A DNA stretch of 64,000 bases from the human T2T-CHM13v2.0 reference genome, Homo sapiens: NCBI RefSeq assembly GCF_009914755.1, contig NC_060926.1; one strand, 5' to 3'. Positions 46,925 through 60,245 of the stretch are shown piece after piece. Positions within the stretch are counted from its first letter, which is position 1. Every line of letters begins with the position of its first letter. The position numbers and the translations under genes were made by a program. The notes under the pieces are model-generated. The model was not told the origin of the DNA. It ran no database searches and saw only the letters and a program-made list of their open reading frames with translations.

Positions 46925-46927
<3 letters not shown>

Positions 46928-46966
<39 letters not shown>
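46928..46966. repeat. (TG)n microsatellite ~1.4 kb upstream of exon 1
   Basis: Read directly. Confidence 0.95.
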
Positions 46967-46968
<2 letters not shown>

Positions 46969-48526
46969 TAGGAAGACAGAGAGAGAGATTGATTTTAAAA
47001 ACATTTTCAGGCTAAGAGGCACATAAATTAAATCATCACTATTAATGGATGACAGCAGTCCACTGTACCCTAGGAATCTGATAAAGTTAGGTAAATATTT
47101 TTAATTTTTATTCTTAATATTTTAAAATGCCAAATGGAAATTATACATTTGCTTAATATAAGGCCACCCACTCAGGCCAACTGACTCACCCATTTTTATA
47201 AATGACTACTAAAATTGTACCAATTCATTGTAATACTGACCTTAAGCTGATGTAAATCATAGATCATCATTCAATTAAGAAACTGGAAAATACTTATTAC
47301 TTAACTCATGAAATGTGTTAAGTAAAATTTTTCAAATAATGGGATACCTGGATACAAAACAAGGGTCAAAAGTACCTCTGACATCCAGCCAGCCCATATC
47401 AATGTGGTCACACCTGTTAATTACAAATTTTTGACCTAGTCTATTTTTATTGGTCATTTCCCTGTTCTGTCAGTGCCTGTGTCATGCCAGTCACTAATAT
47501 CATGATCAAAAGTGTCCCTTGTGATAAAGGGTGGAGAAACAGTAATCTTTTAAGGGGAATGTGACTTCCAAACAACAAATCCTTGACTTACAAAGGTGTT
47601 CTACTGTTTAGAACATCTCTTTTCTTTTAGGATTTACCTTAGGAAAATTATAATAGACCAGACTCTCTTCCCCTTCAGCCTCCCATTTATTTTAGAGAGG
47701 TGATTCTGGAAATGAATTGGATCAAGCTACCTAGGTACTCAAAAGATTTCAGGAGTATCTCACTGTTCACAAAAAAATAAAATAAAATAAAAATTATTTT
47801 ATATTATCTGATTTCATTCTCTGAAATGTCATATCATTTTTTTAGATTCTTCTTTTGAGACTTAATATATTCTAGTTAGGGCAATAGTTAATTGTATACA
47901 AATCTGTTTCTCTGCTAATGTCCAATTTCCTTGAAAGCAAGGAACATCTTTTATCTTTAAATGTATACTTTATGTCCTACATACAAAAATTGTTCAATAA
48001 ATGTTAATAAAAAGAGAAAGGTAGATATTAAACAAAATGATTAAACAATAGTGTTCTGTGGTATTAATAAGGAAAAAAATTAATTTGGTAGGAAATGTAT
48101 GTACTACAAGCCCATATTCCAAAGTGCTACAATTTTCACTAAGGGGTGATCTGAGAGATGAGGACAGAGTCTCTTAAAAATACGTCTCATCTGCCTTTAT
48201 GCTCTAAAAGCTAATATTTGTTATGTGGGGCAAAGCTCTTATTTGGAACATTTTGTTCATAAATATGCAAATACCCTTGGAAGGAATTAATCTTTAGTAC
48301 AAATGAGATGAACACTGAGGGCCTACAACATGGAGATTTGGTAGAGTCAGGTGAGAGGAATATACCTAAAGCACGGAACAGAGAAAGAAAGGTGGAAAGG
48401 TTTGCAAGACAAACTGAGCCAACCTTACAATCATCCATGAAAATCTTAGGCAGCTGTAAGAGGGTTGACAACAGGGTTCCAGTGTCACACTACTTAGATT
48501 CAAGTCCTAGCTCTGCTGCTTTAAAG

Positions 48527-48921
48527 ACTATGGACTGAGTTGTATCCCCCCAAAATTCATACATTAAAGCCCTGAGCTTCAATGTGTCTGTATTTAGAGA
48601 TAGGGCCTATAAGGAGGTTAATGAATCATTTAAGGTTAAACGAAGTCATAAGGGTAAGGCTCAGATCTGATAAGATTAGTGCCCTCATAGGAAGAGGTGG
48701 CAGAGGACTCTCTCTCCACCATATGAGGACACAGCAAGAAGGCAGCCTCCTGCAAGCCAGGAAGAGATCCCTCACCAGGAACTGAATCTGCCAGCACCTC
48801 AATCTTGGACTTCCCAGCATCTAAAACTGTGAGAAAATAAATTTCTATTGTTTAAAGCCACCCAGTCTATGGTATTTGTTATGCTATGGTATTGGTTATG
48901 GTGGCTTGAACTGACTAATAC
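48527..48921 (+). mobile_element. MLT1A-like MaLR solo LTR, inserted in a MIR
   Basis: ctatggactga..tccccccaaaattcata...ttggacttcccagc.tc.aaactgtgagaaaataaatttct...gactaataca. Confidence 0.88.
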
Positions 48922-51440
48922 ACTCTCTAAACTTTAGTGTTCACATATCTAAAACAAAAATTTGCAGGAAAAAATAGACAGAATAGCCCATGAATAGCAC
49001 ATGGTATAAAGTAAGCTATATCTACTGAATTTTGCTTTAAGTAACAAGCCTTCAAAAGGAAAAGCTAAAAAAGGATATAACATGAATTCTATATGAATAG
49101 CCCTATTCATTACTAAGTGCCTCTATGTGCAGCAAGGATGCCCTTGTCACCCTGAAGAAGTCTAAAGGCTACACAATACATGTGAATTCCTTACCATCGA
49201 ATATCAAGATGTGTTTGAAAACCATCATCAGAGCCAATGTGTGAAATTTCTGGATTATTGTAAGACACAGAAGAAGAGTAACTGGTTGCTTAAAAAATGA
49301 GACTTCCTCTATGCCTTTCTGATCTTAAGATAGCTGTTGAGTTTTTTGTTTGTTTTATTTTTGCTATTTGCCTTTATTTGCACAAGAAGATTTTATCTGG
49401 CTTCCTGGAACATCACAGGATTTTGTTTTGTTGTGGTTTGGTTTGCTAATTTGTTTTATTTTGGCCTTTTGCCTTCATTTGGAAGGGAAGTTTTTATTTG
49501 GGTCTCTGGAATGATGTAGGAGATGTGTTAAAGTCATATAGACAATATTTGAATATTGTGCCTTTGAATTTATATAAGGTAAATTTGATTTAGTAAAGTT
49601 ACTCTCATATATGAGGATCCACTAACTGTGAAAACTGCTCTGTCCTATGTATCACCTTATTTGAGTGATGGAGCTGGGTAGACAGATGTCCTCATCCAAC
49701 TCAGTGTGGATCACTGGAATTATGAACACTACTCCCCAGAGAGTAATAGCCTTCTTCAGAAAAGGATAAACTAAAAATTTGTAACTAGGACAAGCCCTGA
49801 AAAATAGGCAGCTCAGGAAAGGAAAATAACAGAAACAAAGGTCATAAAGACCCTATATTAGAAATCCTAGTGTGATATAAGCCAAATATTGGCTTAGAGT
49901 TGTGACATGCATATTTAAAACAACACAAAGAAAAACTTTAAACCTAATATAAATAATAGCTAGCAATACATCAAATCTACTATGTTTTTAATACAAGTGC
50001 AAGGAAACAATTTTCTGATTTATTCAAGTTTAATTCAATCAAATCATGAAGCTATGGGTAGATTGCAATATCATTCAAGGGATTAAGCCACTAAATTCAA
50101 TTGGGGCTTTAAATAGATTATCTAGATCAGTGTTTCATGAAATAACTCAGTAAGATAATTTCAACACTCTTTTAGATATAAAAGTAGACACATTCATTTG
50201 GTGCACTTATCACCTAGAAACATCATTAACTGCACTTTTAAATATTCCTTTTGCAACTTTATCTATTTCAGGTTTAGGGGGAGTACTTTGAGCATGTTGG
50301 GCATATGGCAGAGATGGCTTCATGTTGAAGGGTCCATGCTGAAGGTACACAGTAGTATTGGGGCCACCTGGAAGCAGTCAGGATGTGCATAGGTTTTAAA
50401 AGGCAGCTTCTCCTGTGGACTTATCCATATATCTATACAAAATGCTCTGTGAATGCGGGTTGTTTGAGTCTTAAGAGGTAGTCTATGCAATGATTTTAAA
50501 ACTGTACTCATGAAAATGTAAGGAGATCCTTTGAATGTCCTGGGAAATAAGGGAAGAAGAAGAAAAAGAGAAAGGTATGAGAGGGGGGATTCTGAGACTT
50601 TCAGCCCTGACATCAACCATTGTAGTTGTAATTGCTTTGCTTTATATTGTGTTCCCATTCATACCACATAATTTAATCGGGTTAAAAATAAAACTGAATG
50701 AAAATACAGGCTTATAGAAAACAGAAAAGACTCTTCACATAGAGTGTGAAGAACAGTAGACTATTGAATCACTCTGTAAAAAAAAAAAAAAGCGTCAGCC
50801 CTCTAATGAGTTCCCCAATTTCTACAGACTATCACCTTTTTGGAGAGATAAAGCCCTAACAGCAAAAATCCCTTTAAAAAGAAACACAAAGTAACCAGGA
50901 TAACCAATAGTTAAAGGAACCCTAATTCTGGATTTGTTTAAAATTCATTCAAAACAAACTTTTGTTCATTAACCTATTAAGACAAAGGTAGAGAGGGTTT
51001 AACTCAACCGGAATGAACAACATTTTTGTACTAAGGGAATTGTTCTATAATATGAAGATGTCTTTCCAAGAAAGATTAAAGCTTTAAGAGAAATATATAA
51101 TTGGTTGACCACTTATTACCCGGAGTATTTTCCTTCTTTGAGGACTATTGTATTTTTTAAAAAGTAGCTATTTTTATTTTAAAGTTACTTGATTAATAAA
51201 ATATTTAAGAATATGTCCAATCAAGTATAAACGTCAAGATCAAGATATAGAGGCATATAGACCACCTGTCTATATAGAGAGATGGATAGATAATTTTCAT
51301 TTAGTTTTATTTTTAACCTGATGCATATATATCTTTATCTTGCTGCCATAACAACCATGAAATAAATGAATTGTATTCACCACACCCAATAGAAATTGGC
51401 TTCAGTGAAGAGGGCTGTTTCTATTTGAATATAGGAATAA

Positions 51441-51759
<319 letters not shown>

Positions 51760-51899
51760 AGGAATAATTTACTGAAATGAGTTCATTCAAATCTATTTGA
51801 GGCAAAGAGTATGACCTTAGGCAATAAAATAAAATCACTAAATTTCTGCATTAAAAAGAAATTAAATTCAATGTAATAGATGTCGCAGCTATTAAGATT

Positions 51900-54365
51900 G
51901 ATTTTTGCTTTTAAAAATTCCAAGTAAGCTGGGGATAGAAGGAAAAATACCTTACCATAATGAAGAGTATCTACCAGAAATACCCACCCAACATTAACCT
52001 TAATATTGAAATGTAAATGTTTTCATTATTGTAAAAAGGCAGACCACGATGACCATAACCATCATCACTCTTCACAATTTTACAGTATATCACAAACAAA
52101 AGATATTGAATTTATAAAGAAACACAATGAAACTGTCAAGTTTGTTGATTATATGGCTTCATAACTAGATTATCCAGGACAATTCATGAAGAACAAAAAC
52201 CTGGTGAGAATTTTTCTGAAGTATAGCATTCAAAAGACAACATACAAATATAAAGAAACAAGCTTCTTATACAATAACAGTTATGTTATATATTTGTTAA
52301 TATATTATACTATAATACTATCTTATTACAAAAGAACTTATAAGAATGGGAGAAAGACACATCAAAATAGCCAAAAAGTCATAAAACAGAAATGAATTTA
52401 GCAAGCATTCTTAAGATGTTATGAAGAAAATTCTAGAGTCCGGACTAAGGAAAGGTATGCCATGTTCTCATATGAGAAGAGCCCATCTTGTAAAGACGTT
52501 TATTATCCCCAAATGTTCTAAAATAGTTCACTGCAAGTCAAAATCTCTGTAGGTTTTGTGTGTTTGCTTGCTTGTTTGTTTATAAAGTTTGACACACATT
52601 CTCACACTCATCTGAAAGAGAAAGTGCACAAGACTAGCCAAGAAAAATCTGAAAATAAAAGAGGTAAGAGATGGAGGTAAGGATGGGCATTGGGAAATCT
52701 GTCTTTAATATTATATGGGTTAGAACTGTATTGTCAAACAGGAAAGGTCAATAAAAAGAATGTCTATAAATACAATATTATCAAAGAATAGAGACTCCCC
52801 AAACATACACATGCATATGTAGAAATTTATATTTCCAAGAAGTTATTTCAATGTATTAGGAAAAGAATATATCTTCCAATAAATAAGACTGGAACCCATT
52901 TGAAAAAAATTAAATCTTAGCTTTTTATGATAATATAATAGTAATTTCCAGGCAGCTTAAGGAGTTAGAAAAGTAAAAATAATTTAAAATCTATAAAAGA
53001 ATAGCAGAAAATATAGAATATTTAATATAATTAGGTTGGGAATGCTTTTCCTAACAATACATAAGAGCCCAGAAAGCATTAGCAATGTAAAGATGAAAAA
53101 CTTCTGTTCAATGAAAGCTATAATGTTCACAGGTGAAAGCTAAGTGAAAGATAGCAAGAAATTATTTGTGACAGAAAATTGCTCAATGGTTGTAATAGAG
53201 TTCTTAAAATTATACTTCTCAACAAAGTATTTTTAAATAGCAAAGGCTAGGAACAGATAATTTACAGGTGAAATACAAATTGTCGATAGATTTATTAAAG
53301 GAACTCACCCTAATTAGTAATCAGGAAAGCAAAAACTGAAATAGATACTACTTTTTGCTCACCAAATAAACAAAAATAATAAAGGTTAGTGAAATCCAGT
53401 ATTGGCAAAATTGCAAGTAAGTGAGCACTTAAACACTTTTGGTAGGAATACAAATCAATAAAGACATAATAACAGTGGGGTAATTTGACAGTATCCAAAT
53501 TTTAAATGTGCAACATGTAATGTGTTACACTTTTGACAGTTAATGGTAGTGAATCTTCTTTTAAGAATTGACCCTTAGGGCAGGGTGCAGGGCCTCACGC
53601 CTGTAATCCCAGCACTTTGGGAGGCCGAGTTGGGTGGATCACCTGAGGTCACAAGTTCGAGACCAGCTTTGCCAACATGGTGAAACCCCATTTCCACTAA
53701 AAATACAAAAATGAGCCAGGCGTGGTGGCAGGTGCCTGTAATCCCAGCTACTCGGGAGGCTGAGGCAGGAGAATGGTTTGGACCAGGAGGCAGAGGTTGC
53801 AGTGAGCCATGGTGGAGCCACTGCACTCCAGCCTGGGTGATGGAGCAAGACCCTGTCTCAAGAAAAAAAAAAAAAAAAGAGAGAGAATTGACCCTATGGA
53901 AATACTTCCATATGTGCAAAAAACAATTCAAGAATGACTCTTGTGGCATTGTTTGTGATTGCAAAAAACCGGAGTTTTAAATTTACATTAATAGGGAACT
54001 GGTTAAATAATTTATGGTAATTTAATTCAATGGAATACTGTGCACCTATTGAAAAGTATACAATAAACATTCATATGCTGATAAAGAGTTTTAAGACAAA
54101 GTGGAGAAAACGGTAGAATAATAGGTATGGTGTGATCTCATTTATACTTTTTTCTTAAAGTTCACATACATATATGTACACTAACATGTACAGACATTAA
54201 AAAAAAGACTAGTAAGATATATACCAGCCTGTTAATAGAATAGTGGTTACTTCTTGAACCATTGTGGGAGAAGATGGGTAGGAAAGTTCAAAGTGTATGC
54301 CATATATGGCTTGAATCTTTTATAGTAAGTACGCATTCATATATTATTTGGTCAACTTTAAAAAT
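51900..54365 (+). mobile_element. Degraded L1ME fragments
   Basis: ORF2/3'UTR-like segments (ccatgttctcatatgagaag, taattagtaatcaggaaagcaaa, gggaactggttaaataatttatggta). Confidence 0.65.
53578..53878 (+). mobile_element. AluS
   Basis: Full dimer; TSD agaattgaccct. Confidence 0.93.
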
Positions 54366-54849
54366 ATCAACAATTCACAAAGAATTTTAAAAAGCAAATC
54401 ACATTTAGTTCATAATGTCTTATGGTTTTAAAGGTCCTCATACCTCTGTTTATGCTTACCAATGAGAATTATTGGTTTACCCACTGGCTGTTTGGTGTTG
54501 GTTTACAGGCTAAGATTTTATTTTGCTTAATGTGATTTTGTTTTCATTCTTTTAGGCAATTCTTTCATATTTCTTTGTCTTTTTTTTTTCCTCCTCAAAA
54601 AGATCTACTGAAGTCTCCACAAAATAATGTAGTAGCAGAGAGTAGCCATTAATTTTTGTGATGGTAAAGGGCATTGGTGTGTTCTTTTGAAATCCACTGT
54701 TTCTAAAGTGGCAGTTTTCTAGTGTCTAATTCACTTATTACCCCCACCCTTCCCTACCACACACACAGTTCCATTTCGAAATCCAAATCTTCTGTCAAAA
54801 TTCAAGGTAAACAAGTGACAGAGTTCCTTCCTCTTCCCTTACTTAGCAT

Positions 54850-55566
54850 CCTGCGTCACACTCAGGGCTTGGCTTTTACTTAATCTTAACTCCTGCCCAA
54901 TGGGCGTGGACAGGCAGCCCCACAGAATCGGCAAGGGCTTCAGGGCTGTAGAAAGTAACTTCTTAGAAAGCAAGAAACCTGTTTGGGGACTGGAATTTTG
55001 TGTAATACTTGGAACAACAAAACACCAGCATGAAATCTAGGTGATTTTCCCCAGGGCTTCAAATAAAATCCAGACTCCTTACCCTATCCTTCAAGGTCCT
55101 GCATGTTCCAGCAGATCCTACAACTTCATATCACCCTGGTCACGCTGGCCTTCCTTCTGTTCCTCCAGCAGGAAGCAGTTCCTCCTGAGGGCTTTTGCAC
55201 TCACTGCTTCTTCTGCCCAAAACACTGTTCCCCTTGGCCTGTTTCATTTGTCTTCTCTCTCTCTCTCTCCAAATCCCAGTTCAAATATTACCGACTAGGG
55301 AGGTCCCAACTCAACCCATTGAATAAAGGTGATAAGTCACATCCAGATGTGGATGGACGAGCTCTAGGGAGAACTTTCACCTTAGTGTTCCCCAAATAGA
55401 CACTCCTCCACTCTGCTTACCTTCTGGAGCTGCCTGGATTCGCTCTGCCCCCTATAGGGGACTTGTCTTTGAGAATGGTAAGTGGATCGGCAGAGAAAGG
55501 CCAATAGGAAGCAACAGTTGGAATGTTCCTCACCTTCTCCACTTTTGTTTTCAGAGTCTAGAAAGT

Positions 55567-55613
<47 letters not shown>

Positions 55614-55670
55614 CAGAAGGAACTACAGAAGATCAGTAAGGTAACTTCTTAGAAAACCAGAATCCTCTAT
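54850..55670. promoter_or_regulatory. Candidate upstream enhancer / alternative promoter
   Basis: TGCGTCA, CCAAT plus GGGCGTGG (~54897-54909), TTCTTAGAA twice (54960-54968, 55646-55654), CTCF-like CTGCCCCCTATAGG (55445-55458), CCAAT 55501. Confidence 0.4.
55569..55611. repeat. (TG)21 microsatellite
   Basis: Read directly. Confidence 0.95.
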
Positions 55671-56050
55671 TTTATTTCTTTTCCTGACTGTTTACAATTT
55701 GTAAAAAAAGATATGAAACCTCAATTGTTTTGAGATTCAAATGTAACACAGGGAATAGTATACCAGTCATTTTTGGGTGCCCATAACCTAGCACAGAGCC
55801 TGACTTATAATAGGCAGCCATAAACGTTTCTCAAATTTTATTTAATTGACATAAGTCAAATATATACAGTTCAGGGTAGTAAGCACAGGAGAGAAACCAA
55901 TAACAATATAGCCCTCTAATAAATCCATACTATTTGTTAGACTCCTCAGTAAAGAATAGAATCGAGTATATATTGGTTTGCTATATATATCAAATACATA
56001 TATATATTTCTCTTTCTTTCTCTCTCTCTCTCTCTCCATCTGTATATCTC

Positions 56051-56387
56051 CAGTCATCCCTTGATATCTGTGGGGGATTGGTTCCAAGATCCCTGCAGAT
56101 ACCAAAATCCACACATGCTCAAGTCCCTTATATAAAATAATGTAGTACTTGTATATAATCTATGCGTATCCTCCCATATACTTCAGATCCTCTCTAGATT
56201 ACTCATAATACCTAATACAATGTAAATGCTATGCAAATAGTTGTATTGTTTAGGAAGTAATAACAAGAAAATAAAGTCTGTACATGTTCAATACAGCTAC
56301 AACCATCCATTTTTATTTTCTAATATTTTCAATCCATTGTTGATTGAATTCACAGATGTGGAACCCATGGATACAGAGGACTGACTG
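56051..56387. mobile_element. MER2 (TcMar-Tigger MITE)
   Basis: TIRs cagtcatccct.gatatc / gatacagagga.ctgactg; internal ggggattggttcca.ga.ccc..cagataccaaaatcc..atgctcaagtcccttatataaaa; 337 bp; followed by TA-rich low-complexity DNA. Confidence 0.88.
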
Positions 56388-57194
56388 CATATATATATAT
56401 ATATATATCTCTCATATATTTATTTCTGTATATGTATGTGTATATATGTATATGTATATACATATGTGTATATGTAAGTGTGTATATGTATTATTGAAGT
56501 CCTAAGAAGACACTAGCTGAATTTACAGACTGGAAGGGATCTTAGAGTCATCTCATCTACTCCCTTAGTTTGCAGGTAAACAAATGAAGGCTCAGAAAAG
56601 ATGGCAGTCTTGCCCAAAGGAATAGAGTAATTTAATGGCAGAACTATGACTAGACTGCTTGGCCTCCTTGAATTCAATTCTGCAAGCACTTACTGAGTAT
56701 ATATTTATAATAACAGGCAATATGCAAAATGTTTCCAATTTCATACAAACCGTAAGAAGAGTATGATATTTATCATTCTTTTCAGATGAGGATTCTGAAG
56801 CCAACATACTTGCCTAAGGTTAACAGCTAAGACCCAGAACAGCCAGAATTAGAAACCATATCATCATTTTCCAAACATGAGAAGGTTAGCCACTCTGCAA
56901 TACTGTCTCCTGTTAATTGTGCTAACCCTGTGAGAATGTAAAAATGAGCCAGATCCATGCCCTCATGGGGAAAAAAATCAAGTAGGAAAGATAGAGACTG
57001 ACAAAAAAGGTTTTGTGTGATTACAATTAAAACAATAATTCTAACAATACTATGGATTTACCAAAGAGGATCAAAGTATTTCTTCTATTAGAGCTCAGCT
57101 CATACGCCTAAGAAGTTTACAATCTTGAGAAAGTGATGACAAGTATATAGCTAACCTTAATAAAAGGAAGATTGTCAATTATTGGTTCTATCTT

Positions 57195-57578
57195 TTATGG
57201 ACTGAATTGTGTCCCCCTAAAAAGATACGTTGACATCCTTACCTTTGGTACCTGTAAGAGTAACCTCATTTAGAAATGGGGTCTTTTTAAGGTGAAGTCA
57301 TTACGGTGGGCCCTAATCCAATATGACTGGTGTCCTATAAGAAGATTAAAATGCCATGTGAAGATGGACACACAGGAAGAACCCCATGTGATGACAGAGG
57401 CAGATTTGGGATTGTAAACTTTGTAGCTGCTAGTCAAAAAGCACCAAGAATTGACAGCCACCACAAGAAGCAGAGAAGAGGGAATCAAGGCTTCTGTGCA
57501 GAGTCTCAGAGGGAGCATGCCCTGGTGACACCTCCATTTCTAACTTCTAACCTTTGGAACTGTAAGAAAATAAATTTT
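57195..57578 (+). mobile_element. MLT1B/C-like LTR, 3'-truncated
   Basis: tatggactgaattgtgtcccc..., gggccctaatccaatatgactggtgtcc.tataaga, ...aactgtaagaaaataaattt, then an abrupt end. Confidence 0.85.
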
Positions 57579-58151
57579 GGGGTTTCACCGTGTTAGCCAG
57601 ACACTGAGTTTCCAGAGGTAGCCAGCTAGGACTGCTCCCTACTCATCAACGGAAATGTACAGAAGCTACGGGACAAACACCTGACCTCCTGCTTCTGCTA
57701 ATGTCAGCCAGAGAATGGTCCACTTCTCTTGCTTGGTAAGAATACTATCTTCTGCTTAGGAGAACTGACTTGCAGTGTCAAGCAAACCTATCAGTTCTCA
57801 TACACATGCTCATTTACACCTCTGATTGTAAAAAGGGGGATTGTTGAGACAAAACCAGTAAAAAGAAGAAAGCGCCAAGGACTAAGCAGAAGACAGTAGC
57901 AATTATCCAGGCTCCAGATACCTTGTTTCTTTCCCTGGCTCCACCACCTGTCAGCCATAGAGCTTTGAGAAAATCAGTGCCAGTTTGGGGTACATTTCCC
58001 CTTATAACCAATACAGGAAGAAATGCCACATCATTATGAGAATCAAAATAAATGACATAGGCAATAGAAAAGGTCTTTGAGAATGCAAAGTCTTATGAAA
58101 ATTTAGGAGTTTAAATGTCCCCTGAAAGATGCTAGAATTTGACACACAATT

Positions 58152-58248
58152 TACACTTCCCTGGTACTATATTGCTGAAGACCATTATGGTTCAATTCTA
58201 CACTTTCCTGGTACCATATTACTAAAGACAATTATGGTTCAATTCTAC
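58152..58248. repeat. 47-bp tandem duplication, 2 copies
   Basis: 58152-58198 vs 58199-58245; 5 mismatches in 47. Confidence 0.92.
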
Positions 58249-59954
58249 TATACACACCATGATGATAGTGACATAGTGTTCCAAATCTAGATAATGCTGT
58301 CACTTTGGCTATAGAATAAACTTCAAACTCTTTAACATAAGTTTGCAACACCTCCCCTGACCTGTATTCAGCATTCTTTCATAGCTGAACATCACTGTGT
58401 GCGTGCTCTTACATGTGTCCTGCTTACGAAAGAAGTAAAGCCTACTGGTGATGCTTGGGCTCTTAGCCCCTTGCACAAGTTATTTAACTGTGCTTCTGTG
58501 TGCTCATCTGTAAAATGGGACCAATAACACTGCATATCACAAAGTAAAACACAACAGTGCCTGGTACATAGTAATTGCTCAGCAAATGCATCCTACAGTT
58601 ATCACTGTTATTGCTTATGGTTTACACTCCAACTACTCTGGACTGCTGTGTTCCCTGAACAAACATGGTCCTTTCCAGGTTCTGACCTCTAGCTACAGAA
58701 ATTCTCCCCACTCTCCTAGCCCAACTTAAATGCCACATCTTCCCTGAAGTCTCGTCTGATATTCCCAAGCAAACATGAGCATCCCCTCTTCAAATAATCC
58801 AAAGCACAACTTGGGGATCTCTCTTATGATAAATCACATTTTGCCTTGTTAAAATTATGTATACCTGTTTTTTCTTCTTGGGAGCTCCACCTCCAAGACA
58901 GAATTCTTTTCTCATTTATTTTCTGTCCCTCTAGCACCTAGAAGAGTGGCTTTTTCATGAGAGCTCATCAGTAAACATTTGATGAATACATTCATAATCT
59001 GCCCAAAGCTCTGACAGTTGACTTATTTTTACAGTGATTCTTTACTTTGGGCAATGTAGGTGTTTGTTGGATAATATTTACTGTGTCTTTAATATTTAAA
59101 TGTAATTTATGCATTCTAGGCTGTTTGGCTTAATTGCAAGACTATAGAATAATTTTGCTTGAAAAACAAAACCCAAAACAATAACTTTGTTTTGAAAGCA
59201 AAACCCAAACACAGCAATAATGTACACTTTATTTCTTTGATGATAAGGTACCATCAATTAAAATATGTACTGTTGATTTACTAACTGCCTTTCAAGAAAA
59301 ATTTCCATATTAAACACATCCATAGATGGTAAGACGTATCCTGATTTCAGAAATGTAAAGTTGGAGAAGATGAGCATTCAGAATGAAGAGTGTGCTTTGC
59401 ACAGCCCACTCCATGCTCCAAGATATGCACACATTGAAGTAGAGAAAGAACAAGATTCACCAGGACAATCCTGTAGGGTACACAGCTCCCATCTCATTTG
59501 TCTCAGACTTCTCTTTTTCTTTTCAGTTAGACTTCTCATTTTGTTACTTCTGCCTCTGGAATGTCTGATATCTCTCTCTTCTTTTCCATGACCACCAGCA
59601 GCTTCCTAGTTGAGGCCCAAAGTTCAGTCCTCAACACAACACAATAGATGGCAACTGGTCTCCCGTATATGGTCTTCCCAACCAAACTATTCCTATCTAA
59701 TAGTGTCAAGTTCCCATAACTGTTGATTTAGATTTAAACTTCTTAGCCTTGCATTCAAAATCGTCTACAATCTAATTTGTACCTAATTTTTCAGTCTTAG
59801 CTTTTAGTCTAAATATATTGGCTTCCTGCTGCAAGATATGACAGCCTTCCTCCTGACAATTCATCTAGCATTATCATATCTCTGTATCTTTGTTTAAACA
59901 GCTCTTTCTAAAACCCCCTCCCCATTCTCCCCATTTCTATTTTTTACCCCCTTG

Positions 59955-60245
59955 ATTTTGATTTTTTAAATTGACAAATAAAAATTGTATATATGTATGG
60001 TGTACAGCATGATGTTTTAAAATATATATACATTGTGGAATAGCTAAATCAAACTAACATGCATTATCACACATATTATTCTGTGGTGAGAATACTTAAT
60101 ATCTACCATTTTGACAGTTTTCAAGTATATAATGCATTGCCATTAACTATAGTCATTGTGTTGTACAATAGGTCTATTGAACTTATTCCTCCTGTGTAAC
60201 TGAAATTTTGGATCCTTTGACCAATATATACTCCACCCCATCTTT
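59955..60245 (-). mobile_element. L1MA 3' end within L2 remnants
   Basis: ttgacaaataaaaattgtatatat.tatggtgtaca.catgatgtttt...tgaacttattcctcctgt.taactgaaattttg.atcctttgaccaa. Confidence 0.85.

Noticed and set aside
49878-49896. 8-bp hairpin TAAGCCAA-ATA-TTGGCTTA
   Set aside because: Short stem within chance expectation; half-site orientation is not an NFI site.
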